From the NCBI GenBank assembly GCA_004431415.1, contig QPMI01000510.1:128219-192218 (forward strand): a stretch of DNA of 64,000 nucleotides. The letters are read 5' to 3'. Source of the stretch: Cyanophora paradoxa CCMP329 (lineage: Eukaryota; Plantae; Glaucophyta). Under the pieces are notes generated by a model. It searched no databases and had not been told where the DNA came from. It saw only the letters and a list, made by a program, of their open reading frames with translations. Below, piece by piece: positions 60,601-64,000 of this stretch (within the stretch, counting starts at the first letter, position 1; each line of letters begins with the position of its first letter). Made by a program: the position numbers and the translations under genes.

Positions 60601-61700
60601 TGTGACAACCTCAGCCGCGAGTTGCCAGCGCCGTGGAAAGTTGTCACATCGACTGAATTCAATCATGCCACGGGAGCAAGAAACGACAAGCGGGGCGACT
60701 TCGTTTTCTCGCTTCTTGCGCTTCACTGGCTTGTCGCTTCGATCACTCAGAATTAAAAAACCAGAAACATTTAAGACGCTCGAACCGACATACGGAGCTG
60801 AGCTAAAGATTGGAGGACTCTCGCTGCAGCTGACGCCTGCCACGCTGCTGCCGTGGTGCGCGATGCACTGGAGTCAACAGATGCGTCTGAGGAATTGGGA
60901 TCGTCGTTCGCGCCGTATGGCTTTGGCTGAAGTCTATTGCTGAGTCGTTTCCGGCTGAACGCGTTCTTTTAATTCCCTGGCCAGGCTCTGGTCCGAAATC
61001 AACGCCTGACACGCGGGGTATCAGTTCAGAGATGGAAACATGAGCCATGATTCATGCATATGCTCACCGGGTATATTTCTGAGTAAGGTAAGCCCAAATT
61101 TTGATGCGTGTTCGGAAGTCGAACCAGACGGTGTTGCGAGCGGAAGGGTCCTTCGAATTCTTGATAGCGTACCGGTACCACGACACCCTCCAGTTGCTCA
61201 ACTGTGGATGCGTTTTAGGCCGATCCGTACTGGGCTGCTGCGGTAGGTCGCTGCGCATGCTCTTCCGGCGCCGTTTGACGGTGACGGGCCGATGTGCAGC
61301 TAAAGGGCGTGGGAACTCATGATCATGATCACGATTCTCATGGCAGGTTGGCGAATTCCGTGCCGGAGAGCTGTTTGGAAGAACTGCTTCCGCTGGAAGC
61401 TGCAGCTGCTCTTCCGCTGGAATAAGCGCTCGCTTTCCGGACTCATCGCTCGCTGACTGTTCACCGTACGAAAAATCGGTCTTGGTACGATCAAGAGACC
61501 GCAAGTGAAGTTTACGAAGTTCCTGCGGATAAATCGCCAGGGAGTCTGATCTTCAGAGCTAGAAGCCAGTCGCTGGCGACCGTCTCGGCATACTTCAATA
61601 GGGCACGCGAGCTCGATGTCGAAAGCTTCTTTACCAATCCAGAAGTTCGGCGGGGTTTGCCGGATGGCCGACATTCACAGAAGGAAAATTCGCGTTTTCC
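57700..61700 (-). CDS. Element-borne cargo gene containing a DOT1-like class I SAM methyltransferase domain (~59880-60465); frame disruptions present, boundaries approximate
   Basis: NYGEL (60465-60451), VIADIGAGSGGV, KKLVGFEI, ELVIGE, then after a GT-AG intron ITHAVISD...GSKLLSF. Same motif order as DOT1 (YGE, DxGxGxG, GxE, beta4 hhh-N/D). Confidence 0.55.
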
Positions 61701-62149
61701 AGCATATCGAGAACGACATTGGCGCTTCAGAGTGATGTCTGATATGACTGCAAAGATGATGGGATGACAACAGGTGTGCAGAGAAGGTTGAAGATTACCT
61801 TCCTGTGGAGGGCGTCGTCTGTTTTCACACCGAAGATGCGAAGAAATCTGTTGGCAAGCTGAGGAGCATCGTCGTCGCGTCACTCGATGAGCTCGAGCTC
61901 GAGGAAGCGTACGGTGCTGCATTCGATTAAAAGCGCGGATGAAGCCCGAGCACACGGGCAGATGCAGCTTTTCTTTCGCACATGAGAGCGGTGGAGAGAA
62001 TGCCCTGTTTCCTCGAGCTGCTGCCCGAACCAAGACTGGCGGCGTCCTCGGAGAACGCGGTGCGACGGAGGGCTGCGAGGATAAGAAGAAGCCCGCACAG
62101 TCAAGTTTTAGAATGGCCGCTCACTCTCAGATGGTCAGATTCACGTGAA

Positions 62150-64000
62150 GGACTTGGGGGGTCCCAATGCTGCGCGAAGCTCAGATCTAGATTGCTGGAG
62201 GACGCTCAAATCGCTGGTTTCTAAGAACGGACGGAGCTCGTGGCACCAACTGGGCCCGGAGGGCAGAAAGGTGTGCGCGGATCCTGGAGCCGGAGGCGGG
62301 GGGAGCCGGATAGCGGGGGGAGCCGGATATAAGAAGCAATAAGAAGTAAGAAGTAAGAGTAAGAAGCTGTAAGCTAAGAAGCTGCGTAGAAAGAAGCTCA
62401 TTGAAGGGGAAGAAGCTTTTGAAGTAAAGAAGCTCTAGACACAGCAATTGCAAGCAGGCAGCCAACCACGTGCACGGACCGAGCTCGTACGGCACTGCGA
62501 TGGAAGCTCAGATTTCAAAGCGAAGGTATGGCGTGAGGTTGCCTTGAGTAAGAAAGGCTTCCCGCTCTGGTTCTGGTCCTGTACATGTGGCCACGCGTGT
62601 GTGAAGGGCGTGCATAGCGTATCCACATGTACATGCACGTACCGCGGCCGGTACGCCGCGGCCTGACTGGATTCTTGCAGCCTCCCATTGTTTGAGGACT
62701 TCTCGAAACCGCTCGGGAGCACCTGGGATCATGCGGAGCCGGCCGAGCAGTGCCGCTTGGCGCTTCTTGTAGGTTTCGAGCGGAGCGTCCGGTGGGGGCA
62801 GTTCATGTTCCTTTTGGGAAAGCCGCAAGACCAGAGCGATCGGCTTCAGGAGCTCGCACATGCGCTTCTGGAACAAAACCTCCTCATTCGAACTCTGGAA
62901 GGCGCCCAAGCGCGTTGGAGAGGTCAGAGATGTGGGCATGCGCACACGCCGCAATCGCGCTACGCATGCTAGTTGCGATAGAAGCACGGCCGGGAGAGCT
63001 GGCCGGCGCCGAGAGAGCACGGCCGGCGCCGAGAGAGCTGCGGGTGGTTGTGTAGGCAAGCTCTGTTCTTGTGTACGGACCTGTTTTGCTCTTAGCATTC
63101 TGTTCTACCGTCTTGACGACGTCGACCGGCAGACGAACTCTGTACCCCCCTTGCGCGCCGTGCCTCGGCCGTGGCCACCGTAGCGCGCAGCGGCTGCCTT
63201 TGGCGGCGCGATGAACAGCTTCAGAGAGCCTTTCTTTGACTCTGACTGCTTGAGTCGTCACTGGCATGGTACTTCTTTAGCTTTTCCCCGGGAACCGCGA
63301 TACCGCGAACTGCAAAGAAGTGCGGGGATGATTGCTGACGTTTTCGCGGTGCCGCAGAGCCCCTGCCCCCAGATATGCGGCGACTGGATACGACGGTATG
63401 TAAACGCCACAGAAACGACGTGCCAAACAGATCTAGACTGCCATACGCAGAACCCACATGCTGCCCTTCTTGAATTACAGGCATCGAAGTCGACTATGGC
63501 AGCCTTGTCGGCAGCGTCAGCCGCCATCAATGCTACGCTTAGGTAACAGGCGCAGCAGAGCTCGAGCAAGTGCAGTTTGGCGTTCTTACTCGTTCTTACT
63601 CGCAGAGCAATCATCGCAACGGACCCCGTGAACTTCGCTGACCCAAACAAGCAAGTGTGCCTTCTTCTGATAGGCCTAGTTCAGCTTCACGGTCGTCCTC
63701 TAGCCTTGCGTGCTTTCCGGTGCGAATGCGCGGCGTTGCCTTCATCGCTGCCTGCCGGCTCTGTGTCTGAAGCTGTCGATCTTTCTGATCTGGCAGGGCG
63801 TGTGCCGACCTGCCAGACGGAGAAGTCGAGAGGCTCGAATCTGATTTACGTGTACATGCATATGATTGCAATTCGCACATGCACGTCCCAGATGGCGCTG
63901 GATCATTCAGTGTGGATCAAATCGAAAGAGCGCACGTATTCAACTGGTCTCTTCTTTTCAGTCAGATCTTCGCGTTTCTTCGCCAAGGCCGGATGGCTCT
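62150..64000 (-). CDS. Further element-borne minus-strand exons of unknown function; may be upstream exons of the DOT1-like gene
   Basis: ORF pieces such as AFQSSNEEVLFQKRMCELLKPIALVLRLSQKEHELPPPDAPLETYKKRQAALLGRLR with splice-like borders. Confidence 0.3.
62330..62435. repeat. Degenerate (TAAGAAG)n simple repeat
   Basis: aagaagcaataagaagtaagaagtaagagtaagaagct... Confidence 0.7.

Larger units (their letters stand above)
44669..64000 (+). mobile_element. Giant En/Spm (CACTA/CMC superfamily) DNA transposon; left end at 44669, right end beyond the window
   Basis: CACTG terminus inserted mid-exon, ~12 subterminal GGTAAAG/C repeats, an internal En/Spm transposase, and uniformly lower GC than the host genes. 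The extent beyond ~57 kb is inferred from the absence of a right TIR and of resumed NACHT sequence. Confidence 0.8.

Noticed and set aside
44669-64000. Fanzor/TnpB nuclease associated with the En/Spm element
   Set aside because: I could not find RuvC-I (DPG), the zinc finger and the RDxNA motif in order in any frame within the window; one could still lie beyond 64000.

Overview
Eukaryotic nuclear DNA with many short (~50-150 nt) introns, a large share of them GC-AG. The organism is inferred to be a flagellated primary-plastid alga, most likely a glaucophyte such as Cyanophora. The basis is an MAF-type plastid transit peptide with no ER signal, CEP19 and TTLL4 genes, and a CBM20 protein without an obvious transit peptide. 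The left ~34 kb is very GC-rich and gene-dense. It holds a receiver-domain gene end, TTLL4, an FkbM methyltransferase, an NSP-like Kelch protein, a Tat-targeted APX-related peroxidase, two paralogous small proteins, a coiled-coil protein, CEP19, an NmrA-like protein ending in a CaaX box, a CBM20 protein, a WD40 protein, a transmembrane RING-H2 E3, an S26 signal peptidase and an FN3 protein. These genes alternate strictly in strand as head-to-head pairs. From ~34 kb the DNA is lower in GC and looks transposon-derived. A DUF4062-NACHT gene (start 42803) is cut just after its Walker A motif by a CACTG-terminated En/Spm (CACTA/CMC) element. That element starts at 44669 and has no right end in the window, so it is probably >19 kb. 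It contains a spliced En/Spm transposase, a 101-bp tandem array and several cargo genes. One cargo gene has a DOT1-like (H3K79-type) methyltransferase domain and possibly an MBD-like domain, which is the most interesting feature here. Exon structures were deduced by eye and some gene ends are approximate. Most long GC-rich ORFs in the supplied track are intron or antisense artefacts.
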